A stretch of DNA of 64,000 nt from an uncultured beta proteobacterium (GCA_963722325.1 CAVRLN010000012.1:1792-65791), one strand, 5' to 3'. Positions 31,371-41,591 are shown, counted from the stretch's first letter. Program-made: numbers and translations. The notes: a model not told the origin generated them from the sequence alone.

Positions 31371-31461
31371 GCTGACCATGTTTCCGAGCGCGGAACGAAC
31401 TGGCCGCGAAGAGCAGTCGAAACGCCGCGTCGTGACGCAGCGGGCGGATGTCGATGAGCAA
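31371..31461 (-). pseudogene. 5' remnant (~31 codons) of an MFS transporter paralogue
   Basis: Start of ORF 31264..31461 (TTG): MLIDIRPLRHDAAFRLLFAASS.... About 89% nucleotide identity (8 mismatches, 2 one-base gaps over ~93 nt, hand alignment) to 30047..30139, the 5' end of the intact MFS gene. Similarity stops abruptly at 31371, 20 nt after the Bug gene stop. Confidence 0.7.
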
Positions 31462-31475
31462 AGCGGCGTGCGCGC

Positions 31476-32093
31476 CTACTTCGCTTGCGCCCCCGACCCG
31501 GTGCCCGGCGGCAAAATTTCCAGGACGGCCTCCACCACACCCTCTTTGGCCATCCCGATGCGGCGGCCCGCCGCATCGGACAGATCGGCGATTCGCCCGG
31601 CTACAAACGGGCCGCGATCGTTCACCACGAGCTCGACGCTGCGTTGGTTCTCGAGATTCGTGACGCGTACGCGCGTTCCGAATGGAAGCGTTCGATGCGC
31701 CATTGTCATCGCGGCCGGATCGAAGGGCTCGCCGCTGGCGGTTTTCTTGCCCGCGAAATCGGCGCCGTACATCGAGATGCGGCCACGCTGTTGCGTGGCG
31801 GGTGCCGTGCTCACCGCCGGCGGCGGTATCGCGGCTGGCGGCTTGGGCGGTGCGGGCGGCGGTGCGGCGGGGACGGTCGCCGGCGCGGGCTCGGGAGCGC
31901 GCTCGGGCTGCTGCGCGAACCGAACAGCAAGAGCAGCGAAAGCGAGCGCCGCGCAGAGACGACGCTCAGCTGATCGTTCGTCGGGCGAGATACTCGTTAC
32001 GCTGATCCTCGGCTGCGCGAGCTGGCATCCGTCGTCCCGGATCGATTGTGCACACGTTCGCGTGCGAGAGCACTCGCATCGCACGACCCGCAC
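31476..32093 (-). CDS. rlpA: septal ring lytic transglycosylase RlpA family protein (DPBB domain); start uncertain
   Basis: ORF 31476..32093 (-): Pro/Ala-rich linker, then GRISMYGADFAGKKTASGEPFDPAAMTMAHRTLPFGTRVRVTNLENQRSVELVVNDRGPFVAGRIADLSDAAGRRIG. A signal-like RRLCAALAFAALAV suggests the true start is downstream of 32093. Confidence 0.75.
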   Translation of the reverse strand: MRVVRCECSRTRTCAQSIRDDGCQLAQPRISVTSISPDERSAERRLCAALAFAALAVRFAQQPERAPEPAPATVPAAPPPAPPKPPAAIPPPAVSTAPATQQRGRISMYGADFAGKKTASGEPFDPAAMTMAHRTLPFGTRVRVTNLENQRSVELVVNDRGPFVAGRIADLSDAAGRRIGMAKEGVVEAVLEILPPGTGSGAQAK

Positions 32094-32182
32094 TTACGAT
32101 CGTCGCTCGGGCAGCTTCAGACCGCCCATGCGTCGCGATGAGACCGTGTAATATCGTAGACCGAATGAAGGGAGGAAAAGTC

Positions 32183-33919
32183 GTGCATGCTAAGCAGCAA
32201 GCTAGGCTTTGTACTATTGCTGGCAGTACCCTCCCGCGGCTGATCACCGCAGCCGCCGTCGTCAGTCTCGCGGCCAGCGCCCATGCGGCCTCGGATTGCG
32301 CCGGCCTGACCGCGGTCAAGCCCGAAGCCACGACGATCACCTCGGCGACGCTGGTCGGCGCGCCGTCGACGATCGGCGGCGCGAAGGTCGGCGTTCCCTT
32401 CTGCCGCGTCGAAGGGGTGGCGCGTCCGTCGGCGGACTCCGAGATCAAGTTCGAGGTCTGGCTGCCGGCGGCGGACAAGTGGACCGGCCGGCTCAAGGTC
32501 GACGGCACCGGCGGCTACGCGGGCGGAGTTCCCTACGCGCTGCTCGCGCAGGACATCGGCGACGGGTTCGTGACGGCAGGCAGCAACATGGGACACGACG
32601 GCGGCGAATCGCCCGCGTGGACCGTCAATCATCCGGAGAAGGTGAAGGACTGGGGGCTGCGCGCGCATTACTCGGTGGCGACAGCGGCCAAGGCGTTGAG
32701 CGCAACGTACTACGACAAGCCCGTGCGCTATTCGTACTTCGAGGGCTGCTCGAACGGCGGGCGCCAGGCAATGATGATGGCGCAGAACTATCCCGAGCTC
32801 TTCGACGGCATCGCCGCCGGCGCGCCTTCGATGTTCTACCCCGACCTGCTGTTCTGGCTGCTCTGGACCGGCAAGCAGCAGGTTCCGGAAGTCGGCAAAC
32901 CGCCGGTGCTGAGCGACGCCAAGCGCGCGCTGATCACCAAGCGCATCCTCGACAAATGCGACGCGATGGACGGCCTCGTCGACGGCCAGATCACCAACCC
33001 GCGCGCGTGCGTCTTCGACATCGATACGCTCGGGCCGTCGGGCGACAACTCGCTCACCGCCGCCGAGCTGGCTGTCGTCAAGGCGATGTACGGCGGCACG
33101 CGCACCGAGTCGGGCGTGCAGCGCTACCCGGGCGCGAAGCTCGGCTCGGAGACGGACTGGATTCCGCTGTTCGCAGACAACGGCGGGTACGGCCTTTTCA
33201 TCGAGCACTTCGTCTACTCGCGCAACACGCCGGGATTCGACTGGCGGCGGGCAGCTGAACTTTTCCAGCGTCTACGACGAAGCGAAAGCGAAGCTCACGC
33301 CGTTCACCGCGGCGCCGAGCCCGGACATCACCGCGTTCACGAGCCGCGGCGGCAAGTTGCTGCACTTCCACGGCTGGAACGATCCCGTCGTGACGCCCGA
33401 CGGCTCGATCGACTACCTGTATGCGCTCACCCAGTTCGAGCGCTTCCGCAATCTGCCGAAGGCCGACTTCGACCGCGCGATCGATGCGCTGACGCCGCAG
33501 GATGTCGCGGCGTCGGCCGAGCCGCTGCTCGAGAAGGTCCGCCAGTACCATCGGCTGTTCATGGTGCCCGGGATGGGGCACTGCTCGCTGAGCGGCGCGG
33601 GTCCGCGCCACATCGGCGGCGGCGCGTCGGAGCCGCCGGCCGCGCTGCGAGACGCAGACCATCACGTCGTCGGCGCGCTGATGAAGTGGGTCGAGCAGGG
33701 CGTCGCGCCGGATTGGATCATCGCCGCGCGCGTCGAGGACGGCAAGGTGACGCGGCAGCGGCCGGTGTGCGCGTATCCGGCGCAGGCTCGCTACAAGGGT
33801 TCAGGCGACGTCAACGATGCAGCGAGCTTCGAGTGCGTGACGCCGAAGGTGGCGGATCGACCGTTGACGGACAGCGACATGATTCTGATACAGAGCTCGT
33901 TGCAGGCAGCGGGGGGTGA
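32183..33919 (+). CDS. tannase/feruloyl esterase family alpha/beta hydrolase, frameshifted as assembled; 3' end uncertain
   Basis: ORF 32048..33919. GTG 32183 is preceded by GGGAGGA (32171-32177). Signal peptide, ...YFEGCSNGGRQAMMMAQ (GCSxGG nucleophile motif). After ...NTPGFDW (~33240-33262) the sequence continues in ORF 33357..34100 (NFSSVYDEAKAKLTPF...LLHFHGWNDPVV...MVPGMGHC...RPVCAYPAQARYKGSGD). That frame runs 143 nt into the next gene. A G6 run (33911-33916) immediately precedes the TGA of the first frame. Confidence 0.75.
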   Translation: MHAKQQARLCTIAGSTLPRLITAAAVVSLAASAHAASDCAGLTAVKPEATTITSATLVGAPSTIGGAKVGVPFCRVEGVARPSADSEIKFEVWLPAADKWTGRLKVDGTGGYAGGVPYALLAQDIGDGFVTAGSNMGHDGGESPAWTVNHPEKVKDWGLRAHYSVATAAKALSATYYDKPVRYSYFEGCSNGGRQAMMMAQNYPELFDGIAAGAPSMFYPDLLFWLLWTGKQQVPEVGKPPVLSDAKRALITKRILDKCDAMDGLVDGQITNPRACVFDIDTLGPSGDNSLTAAELAVVKAMYGGTRTESGVQRYPGAKLGSETDWIPLFADNGGYGLFIEHFVYSRNTPGFDWRRAAELFQRLRRSESEAHAVHRGAEPGHHRVHEPRRQVAALPRLERSRRDARRLDRLPVCAHPVRALPQSAEGRLRPRDRCADAAGCRGVGRAAAREGPPVPSAVHGARDGALLAERRGSAPHRRRRVGAAGRAARRRPSRRRRADEVGRAGRRAGLDHRRARRGRQGDAAAAGVRVSGAGSLQGFRRRQRCSELRVRDAEGGGSTVDGQRHDSDTELVAGSGG

Positions 33920-33957
33920 AGTTGCCGGATCGATGAGCGCCTCGAGCCGGAGACGTC

Positions 33958-34632
33958 ATGAAATTTCTTCTTACTTCCGCAGGCATCAAGAATGCGAGCA
34001 TCCAAGAGGCGCTGGTCAATCTCCTGGGCAAACCGATCGCCGACGCCAGCGCCCTGTGCATTCCCACGGCGGGATATGGGCATCCCCGAGTCAGTCCTGA
34101 GCGAGCATGGCGGTTCATCAGCGGACGAGAACCACGATGTCCCATGACCGAGTTGGGGTGGAAGTCCTTGGGCGTGCTGGAACTCACCGCGCTGCCCAGC
34201 ATCGGTCGAGAGCGCTGGGTCCCATGGGTTCGTGATGTGGACGCCCTGTTGGTGAACGGCGGCGACGCCATGTATCTGTGTCACTGGATGCGGCAGTCCG
34301 GCCTCGCGGAACTGTTGCCGTCGCTGGACGAAACCGTCTGGATCGGGCTGAGCGCCGGGAGCATGGTGATGACTCCCCGTGTCGGAGAGGACTTCGTCGA
34401 GTCGAAGCCGTCCATCACCGGTGACGACATGACGCTGGGCGTCGTCGACTTCTCGATCTTCCCGCATCTGGACCAGCCGGACATGCCGGAGAACTCAATG
34501 GCCGGCGCAGAAAAATGGGCGGCCGGCATCGGAGGTCCGGCCTACGCAATCGACGACCAGACCGCAATCAAGGTGGTCGATGGCGTCGTCGAAGTCGTCT
34601 CCGAGGGGCACTGGAGGTTCTTTGCCGGCTAG
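33958..34632 (+). CDS. peptidase E-like / type 1 glutamine amidotransferase-like (S51) protein
   Basis: ORF 33958..34632, GGAGA upstream: MKFLLTSAGIKNASIQEALVNLLGK...ALLVNGGDAMYLCHWMRQSGL...WIGLSAGSMVM...FPHLD. Confidence 0.75.
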   Translation: MKFLLTSAGIKNASIQEALVNLLGKPIADASALCIPTAGYGHPRVSPERAWRFISGREPRCPMTELGWKSLGVLELTALPSIGRERWVPWVRDVDALLVNGGDAMYLCHWMRQSGLAELLPSLDETVWIGLSAGSMVMTPRVGEDFVESKPSITGDDMTLGVVDFSIFPHLDQPDMPENSMAGAEKWAAGIGGPAYAIDDQTAIKVVDGVVEVVSEGHWRFFAG

Positions 34633-34689
34633 CCATTTGACCTCGACAGCGCAATCCGAAATACTGCGCTTTCGCTCGACGCCGACACG

Positions 34690-35655
34690 ATGAACAAGGC
34701 CCTCGCCCTACTCGTTGCGCTGGTGATTTGCATCGGCGGCGCGGCGGCACAGGAACGGTATCCGAACCGGCCGGTGCGCATCATCGTGCCGTTCGCGCCG
34801 GGCGGATCGACCGACATCTTCGCGCGGCTGATCGGCGAGCGCCTTTCCGCTGCCGTTGGACAGCCCGTGGTGATCGAGAATCGCCCGGGAGCCGCCGGCA
34901 ACATCGGCGCTGAAGCCGTCGCACGCTCGACTCCCGACGGCTACACGCTGTTGATGGCAACCACCGGCGTCATGGCCATCAATAACGCCCTCTACAAGAG
35001 CATGACGTACGACGCGGCGAAGGACTTCGAACCCGTGGTGTTCATCGCCTCGATCACCAACGTCCTCATCGTCGCCAACGATTCACCGCTGCGTAGCGTT
35101 GCGGACCTCATCGCGGCGACCAAGCGCTCGCCCGGCCAGTTGACGTTCGCGTCCTCGGGGGCCGGCTCCTCGACGCACATGTCGGGGGAGCTATTCAAGA
35201 TCATGACCGGGGTCGATCTGCTCCACGTTCCCTACAAGGGCAGCGCTCTGGCGATGCCCGACATCATTACTGGACGTGTATCGATGATGTTCGAGAACAT
35301 GCCCGGCGCCATGCCGCACATTCAGGCCGGTACGGTGCGCGCGCTTGCGGTCACCGGCCTCAACCGCTCGAGCGCGTTGCCCGACGTTCCCACGATCGCC
35401 GAGTCAGGTGTCGTCGGCTACGAATCGCTGTCGTGGAGCGGGATCGCCGCTCCGGCGGGTACGCCGCGCGAAGTGGTCGCGCGCCTCAATCGGGAGATCA
35501 ACGCGATCCTCGCGGTACCGGAAGTACGCCAGAAGCTCGCCGATCAAGGCGCGGAAGCGGTGGGGGGCACCCCGGAAGCCTTTGCCGAGCACGCCAAGCG
35601 CGAGCGCGTGAAGTGGAGCCGCGTCATTCGCGACGCCAACATTGCGGTGAACTGA
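34690..35655 (+). CDS. Bug family tripartite tricarboxylate transporter substrate-binding protein (TctC-like), orphan
   Basis: ORF 34690..35655, 321 aa, intact: signal peptide, VRIIVPFAPGGSTDIFARL, ENRPGAAGNIG, PDGYTLL, HVPYKGSALA. Confidence 0.9.
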   Translation: MNKALALLVALVICIGGAAAQERYPNRPVRIIVPFAPGGSTDIFARLIGERLSAAVGQPVVIENRPGAAGNIGAEAVARSTPDGYTLLMATTGVMAINNALYKSMTYDAAKDFEPVVFIASITNVLIVANDSPLRSVADLIAATKRSPGQLTFASSGAGSSTHMSGELFKIMTGVDLLHVPYKGSALAMPDIITGRVSMMFENMPGAMPHIQAGTVRALAVTGLNRSSALPDVPTIAESGVVGYESLSWSGIAAPAGTPREVVARLNREINAILAVPEVRQKLADQGAEAVGGTPEAFAEHAKRERVKWSRVIRDANIAVN

Positions 35656-35681
35656 GGTACGGGAGCGTCGCGCGGCTAGCG

Positions 35682-36507
35682 TCAGACGCTAACCCGCCCG
35701 CACGTCACGCGCTCGATCCCGGCGAGATCGCGTCGCGTTGCGATCTGATCGAAGCCCGCGTCAGTCAACAAAGCTTGCACGCGCCGCGCCTGATCGTAGC
35801 CGTGCTCCAGCACCAATCTTCCGCCATCGCAAAGCCGTGTCTTCACTCTCGCGACAATCGTCCGAATCGCATTCATCCCCTCCATCCCCGCCTCCAACGC
35901 CCCTCTCGGCTCGAACCTCAAATCCCCCTGCGTGAGATGCTCGTCGCCCGACGCGACATACGGCGGATTCGCCACGATCAGATCGAAGCGACGATCACCC
36001 AGAGCCTCGTACCAATCCGAAAGCACCCACTCGACATTGGCGATAGCGCAGGCGCGCAGCATTGCGCCGCGCGACCGCGAGCGCTGCCGGTGAGATGTCG
36101 ACGCCCGTCACGCGCCAGCCCGGCCGCTCGTGCGCGATCGCCAGCGCAATCGCGCCGGAGCCGGTGCCGAGATCGAGCACGTCGAGCACCGTGTCGGGCG
36201 CGCCGTGCTCGAGCGCGACCTCGACCAGCAGTTCGGTCTCGGGACGCGGGATCAGCACGTCCGGCGTGACTTCGATGTCGAGCCCGTAGAACTCGCGGCG
36301 GCCGATGAGATACGCAACCGGCTCGCCGTCGCGCCGGCGCTTCGCGAGCGCCTCGAAGGCTGCGCGCTGCGACGCATCGAGTGGTGCGTCCATGTGCGCC
36401 GCGATCCAGCTCCGGTCGCAGCCGAGCACGTGCCGGAGCAGCACGCGCGCGTCGACGGGAATCAGGCCGCTGCTCGCGAGCGCGGCGGAGACGGTGTAGA
36501 CGCGCAA
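35682..36507 (-). CDS. prmC: peptide chain release factor N(5)-glutamine methyltransferase, one frameshift as assembled
   Basis: ORF 35995..36507 ([34 protein letters not shown]...[16 protein letters not shown]) joined at ~36055-36065 to ORF 35682..36062 ([11 protein letters not shown]...EPRGALEAG...GGRLVLEHG). NPPY motif present. Confidence 0.85.
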
Positions 36508-36562
36508 GCGGATCCCTCCTCGCGTTCGCTCGTCGGGATGACAGGACGTGGCGGTCCCTGCC

Positions 36563-37653
36563 CTACTTCTCTTCGCCCAGCGCCGCCAGCTGCTCGGCCT
36601 GGAATTCCTGCGCCAGCGCCTGCGTCAGCTCGAACAGATCGCCGTCCATGATCGCGTCGATCTTGTAGAGCGTGAGATTGATCCGATGGTCGGTGATGCG
36701 GCCCTGCGGGAAATTGTAGGTGCGGATGCGCTCGCTGCGATCGCCGCTGCCGATCAGGCTCTTGCGCGTCGCCGCTTCCTTCTGCTGCGCGCTCCTGGCG
36801 CTCGCGGTCGAGCAGGCGCGAGGCGAGCACCGACATCGCTTGCGCGCGGTTGCGGTGCTGCGAGCGATCGTCCTGGCATTCGACGACCAGCCCGGTGGGC
36901 AGGTGCGTGATGCGCACCGCGGAGTCGGTCTTGTTGACGTGCTGCCCACCCGCGCCCGACGCGCGAAAGGTGTCGATGCGGATGTCGGCGGGGTTGATGG
37001 TGATGTCGGCGATCGGATCGGCCTCCGGCAGCACCGCCACCGTGCACGCCGAGGTGTGGATGCGCCCCTGCGACTCGGTGGCCGGAACGCGCTGCACGCG
37101 GTGGCCGCCCGACTCGAACTTGAGCCTGGAATACACGTCGGTGCCGGCGATGCGGGCGATGATTTCCTTGTAGCCGCCCATGTCGCCGAGGCTCTCGGAG
37201 ACGATCTCGACCTTCCACTTGTTGCGCTCGGCGAAGCGCATGTACATGCGAAACAGATCGCCCGCGAACAGCGCCGACTCGTCGCCGCCGGTGCCGGCGC
37301 GGATCTCGAGGAAGATGTTGCGCTCGTCGTTCGGGATCGCGCGGCAGCAGCACGCTTTGCAGCTCGGCTTCCAGCGCCTCCATGCGCGCGCTGCGCGGCC
37401 GTTGACCTCGTCGTCCGCGAAGGCGCGCATCGTCGGCGTCGGCCTGCATCTCCTGCGCGGCGCGCGAGATCGCCGTCCGCGCTTTCGCCAGTCGCGATAG
37501 AGCATCACGACCGGCGAGATCTCGGCGTGCTCGCGCGAGAGCGCGCGAAAGCGGTCGAGGTCGCGCGTGACGTCTTCGGCCGCCAGCAGCGGAGTCGAGC
37601 TCGTGCAGGCGGGCGGCGAGTTGGGTGAGCTTGTGGGCGAGTGACGGTTTCAT
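36563..37653 (-). CDS. prfA: peptide chain release factor 1, about 6 frame changes as assembled
   Basis: [20 protein letters not shown] (ORF 36754..37653). Alternating pieces between that frame and ORF 36462..37508: [36 protein letters not shown] / [15 protein letters not shown] / [16 protein letters not shown] / [18 protein letters not shown] / [18 protein letters not shown]...[21 protein letters not shown] (GGQ). The C-terminus is in ORF 36563..36949 ([27 protein letters not shown]...). Confidence 0.85.
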
Positions 37654-37718
37654 GATGACGCATTGGTTCGTGTCACGGCGCGCGACGATGCGTGCCGCGG
37701 TAAAGACCGATGCGTCAG

Positions 37719-38981
37719 CTAATCGCCCTCAGAGCCATCGGAAAGCTGATAGACGCGGTGGATCAGCAGCAGGAGCTCGGCGCGCTCGACCTCGCCCGCC
37801 TGGTTGAGCGCCTGCGTCGGCGCGTGCAGGAACTTGTTGGTCAGGCCGCGCGCAAGCTGCTCGAGCACCTGGTCGGGCGGCGTTCCGCCCGCCAGCAGGC
37901 GCCGGGCGCGCTCGAGCTCGGCGGCGCGCATCTGGTCGTGATGGCCGTGCAGCGCGGTGATGGTCGGCACGACGGTGCGCCCTTCCAGCCATTGCAGGAA
38001 ATTGCGCACCTGGTCGGTGATCAGCGACTCGGCTTCGCGCACCGCCTCGACGCGCACCTGCAGGTTGTCCTTGACGATGTTGGCGAGGTCGTCGACGGTG
38101 TAGAGAAACACGTCGTCGAGCTCGGCCGCCTCCGGCTCGACGTCGCGCGGCACCGCGAGGTCGACGATGAACATCGGCGCGTGACGCCGCGCCTTGATCG
38201 CGCGCTCGAGCATCCCCTTGCCCAGGATCGGCAGCGAGCTCGCCGTCGAGGTGACGATGATGTCGAAGCCGGACAGCCGATCCGGCAGCTCGGCGAGCGT
38301 GATCGCGTCGGCGCCGAAGCGCGAGGCGAGCTGCGCGCCGCGCTCGAGCGTGCGGTTGGCCACCGTGATCGAGCGCGGCTTCCTGCCCGCGAAGTGCGTG
38401 GCGGCGAGGTCGATCATCTCGCCGGCGCCCACCAGCAGCACGCGCTGCTCGGCGATCGAAGGAAAAATGCGCTCGGCGAGCTTCACCGCCGCGGCCGCCA
38501 TCGAGATCGACGCGCTGCCGATATCGGTGCTGCTGCGCACGTCCTTGGCGACCGCAAAGGTGCGCTGGAACAGCCGCTGCAGCACGAGCCCGATCGAGCC
38601 GGCGGCTTCGGCGGTCTTCACCGCGTGCTTCATCTGCCCCAGGATCTGCGGCTCGCCGAGCACCATCGAATCGAGGCCGCTGGCGACGCGAAACGCGTGC
38701 GCGACGGCTTTTTCCTGCGGCAGCGTGTAGAGGTGCGGCGACAGCGCGGACTTCGGCACGTGATGGAAATCGGCGAGCCAGTCGCCGACCGGGCCCGCAT
38801 CGGTGCCGTTGAAGTACACCTCGGTACGGTTGCAGGTCGACAGGATCGCCGCTTCCTTGGCGCGCTGCTTGCCGACGAGGTCGCGCAGCGCCTGTCCCAG
38901 CGTCTCGAGCTGGAACACGACCTGCTCGCGAACTTCGAGCGGGGCGGTCGTGTGGTTGAGGCCGAGGGCGTAGATAGGCAT
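37719..38981 (-). CDS. hemA: glutamyl-tRNA reductase
   Basis: Last 420 aa of the 1573-aa ORF 37719..42440, from ATG 38981: [20 protein letters not shown]...[12 protein letters not shown]...[15 protein letters not shown]...LLVGAGEM.... Intact. Confidence 0.92.
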   Translation of the reverse strand: MPIYALGLNHTTAPLEVREQVVFQLETLGQALRDLVGKQRAKEAAILSTCNRTEVYFNGTDAGPVGDWLADFHHVPKSALSPHLYTLPQEKAVAHAFRVASGLDSMVLGEPQILGQMKHAVKTAEAAGSIGLVLQRLFQRTFAVAKDVRSSTDIGSASISMAAAAVKLAERIFPSIAEQRVLLVGAGEMIDLAATHFAGRKPRSITVANRTLERGAQLASRFGADAITLAELPDRLSGFDIIVTSTASSLPILGKGMLERAIKARRHAPMFIVDLAVPRDVEPEAAELDDVFLYTVDDLANIVKDNLQVRVEAVREAESLITDQVRNFLQWLEGRTVVPTITALHGHHDQMRAAELERARRLLAGGTPPDQVLEQLARGLTNKFLHAPTQALNQAGEVERAELLLLIHRVYQLSDGSEGD

Positions 38982-39073
38982 CGCTGGCGGCGGCTGGCGG
39001 CTCGCGAAAGGTGAGCGAGGTGGGCTGTGTAAGTCCCTGATAGTGTACCGCAAAAGGGCTGTTCCTAGCGGCG

Positions 39074-41129
39074 CTAGGCCTTGAAGAACTCCTGGCGGCC
39101 GCCGAGCCAGCGCTCGAGGTGCGCCCTCGCGGCTTCGGGCTCGCGGCGCAGCAGCTCGTCGGCGGCGTCGCGCGCCTGCTCGATGAGCTTCACGTCGCGA
39201 TCGAGGTCGGCGAAGCGCAGCAGCGGCACGCCCGATTGCCGCGCTCCCAGGAATTCGCCGGGCCCGCGGATCAGCAGGTCCTGGCGCGCGATCTCGAAGC
39301 CGTCGCTGTGCTCGTAGATGACCTTGAGCCGCGCCTTGGCGAGATCCGACATCGGCTCCTCGAAGAGCAGCACGCACACGCTCTCGTCCGCGCCCCGGCC
39401 GACGCGCCCACGCAGCTGATGCAGCTGCGCGAGGCCGAAGCGCTCGGCGTGCTCGATCACCATGAGCGAGGCGTTCGGCACGTCGACGCCGACCTCGATC
39501 ACGGTGGTCGCCACCAGCACGTCGACCTCGCCTTTGACGAAGCCGTCCATGACCTCCGATTTTTCGCTTCGGCTTCATGCGCCCGTGCAGCAATCCGACT
39601 TTCGAGAGCGGAAGCGCCGCGGTCAGCTCGCCGTGCAGCGCGACCGCGGTCTGCAGCTCGAGCTTTTCCGATTCCTCGATCAGCGGGCACACCCAGTACA
39701 CCTGGCGCCCGCCGGCCGCCAGCTTGCGCACGCGCTCGACGATCTCGGCTCGGCGCCGCTGGCTCACCAGGCGCGTGACCACCGGAGTGCGTCCTGGCGG
39801 CATCTGGTCGATCACCGACACGTCGAGGTCGGCGTAGAAGCTCATCGCCAGCGTGCGCGGGATCGGCGTCGCGCTCATCATCAGCTGGTGCGCGTCGCCG
39901 ATGCCCTTTTGCCGCAGCGCGAGGCGCTGCGCGACGCCGAAGCGATGCTGCTCGTCGACGATGGCGAGCCCGAGCTTCGGCACCGTGACCGCCTCCTGGA
40001 AAAGTGCGTGCGTGCCGACGGCGAGATGCGCCGCGCCGCTCTGCACCGCTTCGAGCGCCTTCCTGCGCTCCTTCGCCGGCAGGCCGCCCGACATCCACGC
40101 GATGTCGATCGGCAATCCGTCGAGCCAGGCCAGCAACTTCCGATAGTGCTGCTCGACCAGGATTTCGGTGGGCGCCATGAACACCACCTGGAAGCCCGAC
40201 TCGATCGCCTGCAGCGCCGCGAGCGCGGCGACGATGGTCTTGCCGCTGCCGACGTCGCCCTGCAGCAGGCGCTGCATCGGTATGCCGCGTGCGAGGTCGC
40301 GCCTGATCTCGCCGATGACGCGCGACTGGGCGCGGGTGAGCGCGAAGGGAAGGCGCTGCATCAGCGCCTGGGTGAGCGTCCCGTCGCCGCCCAGACGCGG
40401 CGCCTTGCGCCGGGCACGCGCCCGTCGATGCATTTTCAGCGACAACTGCTGCGCCAGGAGCTCGTCGAACTTGAGCCGCGTCCACGCCGGGTGCGTGCGC
40501 TCGTCGAGCGCGGATTGCGCGGCATCGGTCGGCGGCTCGTGCAGGTAGCGCACCGCCTGCGCGAATCCCCACAGGCGCCGCGGCTCGCGCGTCCATGGCG
40601 GCAGCGTTTCGGCGAGCAGCGCCGGATCGGCGGAGAGCGCGTTGAGCACGCGCTTGCGCAACGTGTCCTGCGCCAGGCCCGCGGTGGTGGGATACACCGG
40701 AGTCAGCGTGCTCGGCAGCGGCTGATCGGGCGAGACGACGTGAAACGCCGGATGCACCATCTCGAGCCCGAAAAGCCCCTCGCGCACTTCGCCGAAGGCG
40801 CGGACCCGCCGGCCCGCGGCGAGCGACTTCTGGTGATTCGGGTAGAAATGGAAAAAGCGAAGCACCAGCTGCGCATCGCCCTGCTCGAGCAGGCAGACGA
40901 GCTGGCGGCGTCCGCGATACTGGATCTCGGTGTTGACGACGGTTGCCTCGACCTGCGCGGTCTGCCCGGCGGCCAGCGCGTCGAGGGCGACGACCTGCGT
41001 GCGGTCCTCGTAGCGCAGCGGCAGATGAAGGACGAGATCCTGCGCGCGCGCGATGCCGATGCGCGCCAGCTTGTCCTCGATGGTGTTGCCGGCTTTCGCC
41101 GCGTCGCTGGCCGGTTTTTTCGCCGCCAC
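39074..41129 (-). CDS. recG: ATP-dependent DNA helicase RecG, one frameshift as assembled
   Basis: Within ORF 37719..42440 from GTG 41129 ([14 protein letters not shown]...LPLRYEDRT...[10 protein letters not shown]...[10 protein letters not shown]...[10 protein letters not shown]...LLHGRMKP). It continues in ORF 39074..39550 ([33 protein letters not shown]...[11 protein letters not shown]). Switch at ~39570. The start is uncertain. Confidence 0.85.
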
Positions 41130-41216
41130 CTTAGGTGTTGCGTATCCGGCGCTACTGACCCTTGCTGTCGTCGAACATCGGGCGACCACCCGCCGCGGCT
41201 GACCGCCGGTGGGCTG

Positions 41217-41591
41217 CACGATCATCACGCCTTCGATCTCGACGCGCGCGCCCTTGGGCAGCGCGGCGACCTGGTAGGTCGCGCGCGCCGGGTAGGGTGG
41301 CGTGAAGCTCGACGCGAGTATTTCGTTGACCGTCGTGAAGTCGTTCATGTCGGCGAGCAGCAGCGTCATCTTGACGATGTCGTCGAGCGTGCCACCGGCC
41401 GCCTCGGCGACCGCGCGCAGGTTGGCGACGACCTGTCGCGCCTGCGCCTGCACGCCGTCGCGCAGGTTGCCCGTGGCGGGATCGAGACCGATCTGACCCG
41501 ACAGGTACACCGTGTTCCCGGTGCGCACCGCCTGCGAATACGGGCCGATCGCCGCGGGCGCGGCGCCGGTCTGGATGATGTTCTTGCCCAT
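41217..41591 (-). CDS. ridA: RidA/YjgF family reactive-intermediate deaminase; no in-frame stop as assembled
   Basis: Within ORF 37719..42440 from ATG 41591 (GAGGAGG upstream): [38 protein letters not shown]...[24 protein letters not shown]. Homologues end about here. In this assembly the frame reads straight on into recG. The end coordinate marks the end of the conserved domain, not a stop. Confidence 0.75.

Noticed and set aside
36563-37653. Programmed ribosomal frameshifting in the release-factor gene
   Set aside because: Programmed +1 frameshifting is established for prfB (RF2) at a CUU UGA site, not for prfA. Here there are about six switches in both directions with no shared slippery motif.
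41217-41591. Natural RidA-RecG fusion protein
   Set aside because: The linker ([29 protein letters not shown]) is low-complexity. The recG N-terminus with its own GTG follows, and a TGATGA lies one frame off at the normal RidA end. An indel is the simpler explanation.
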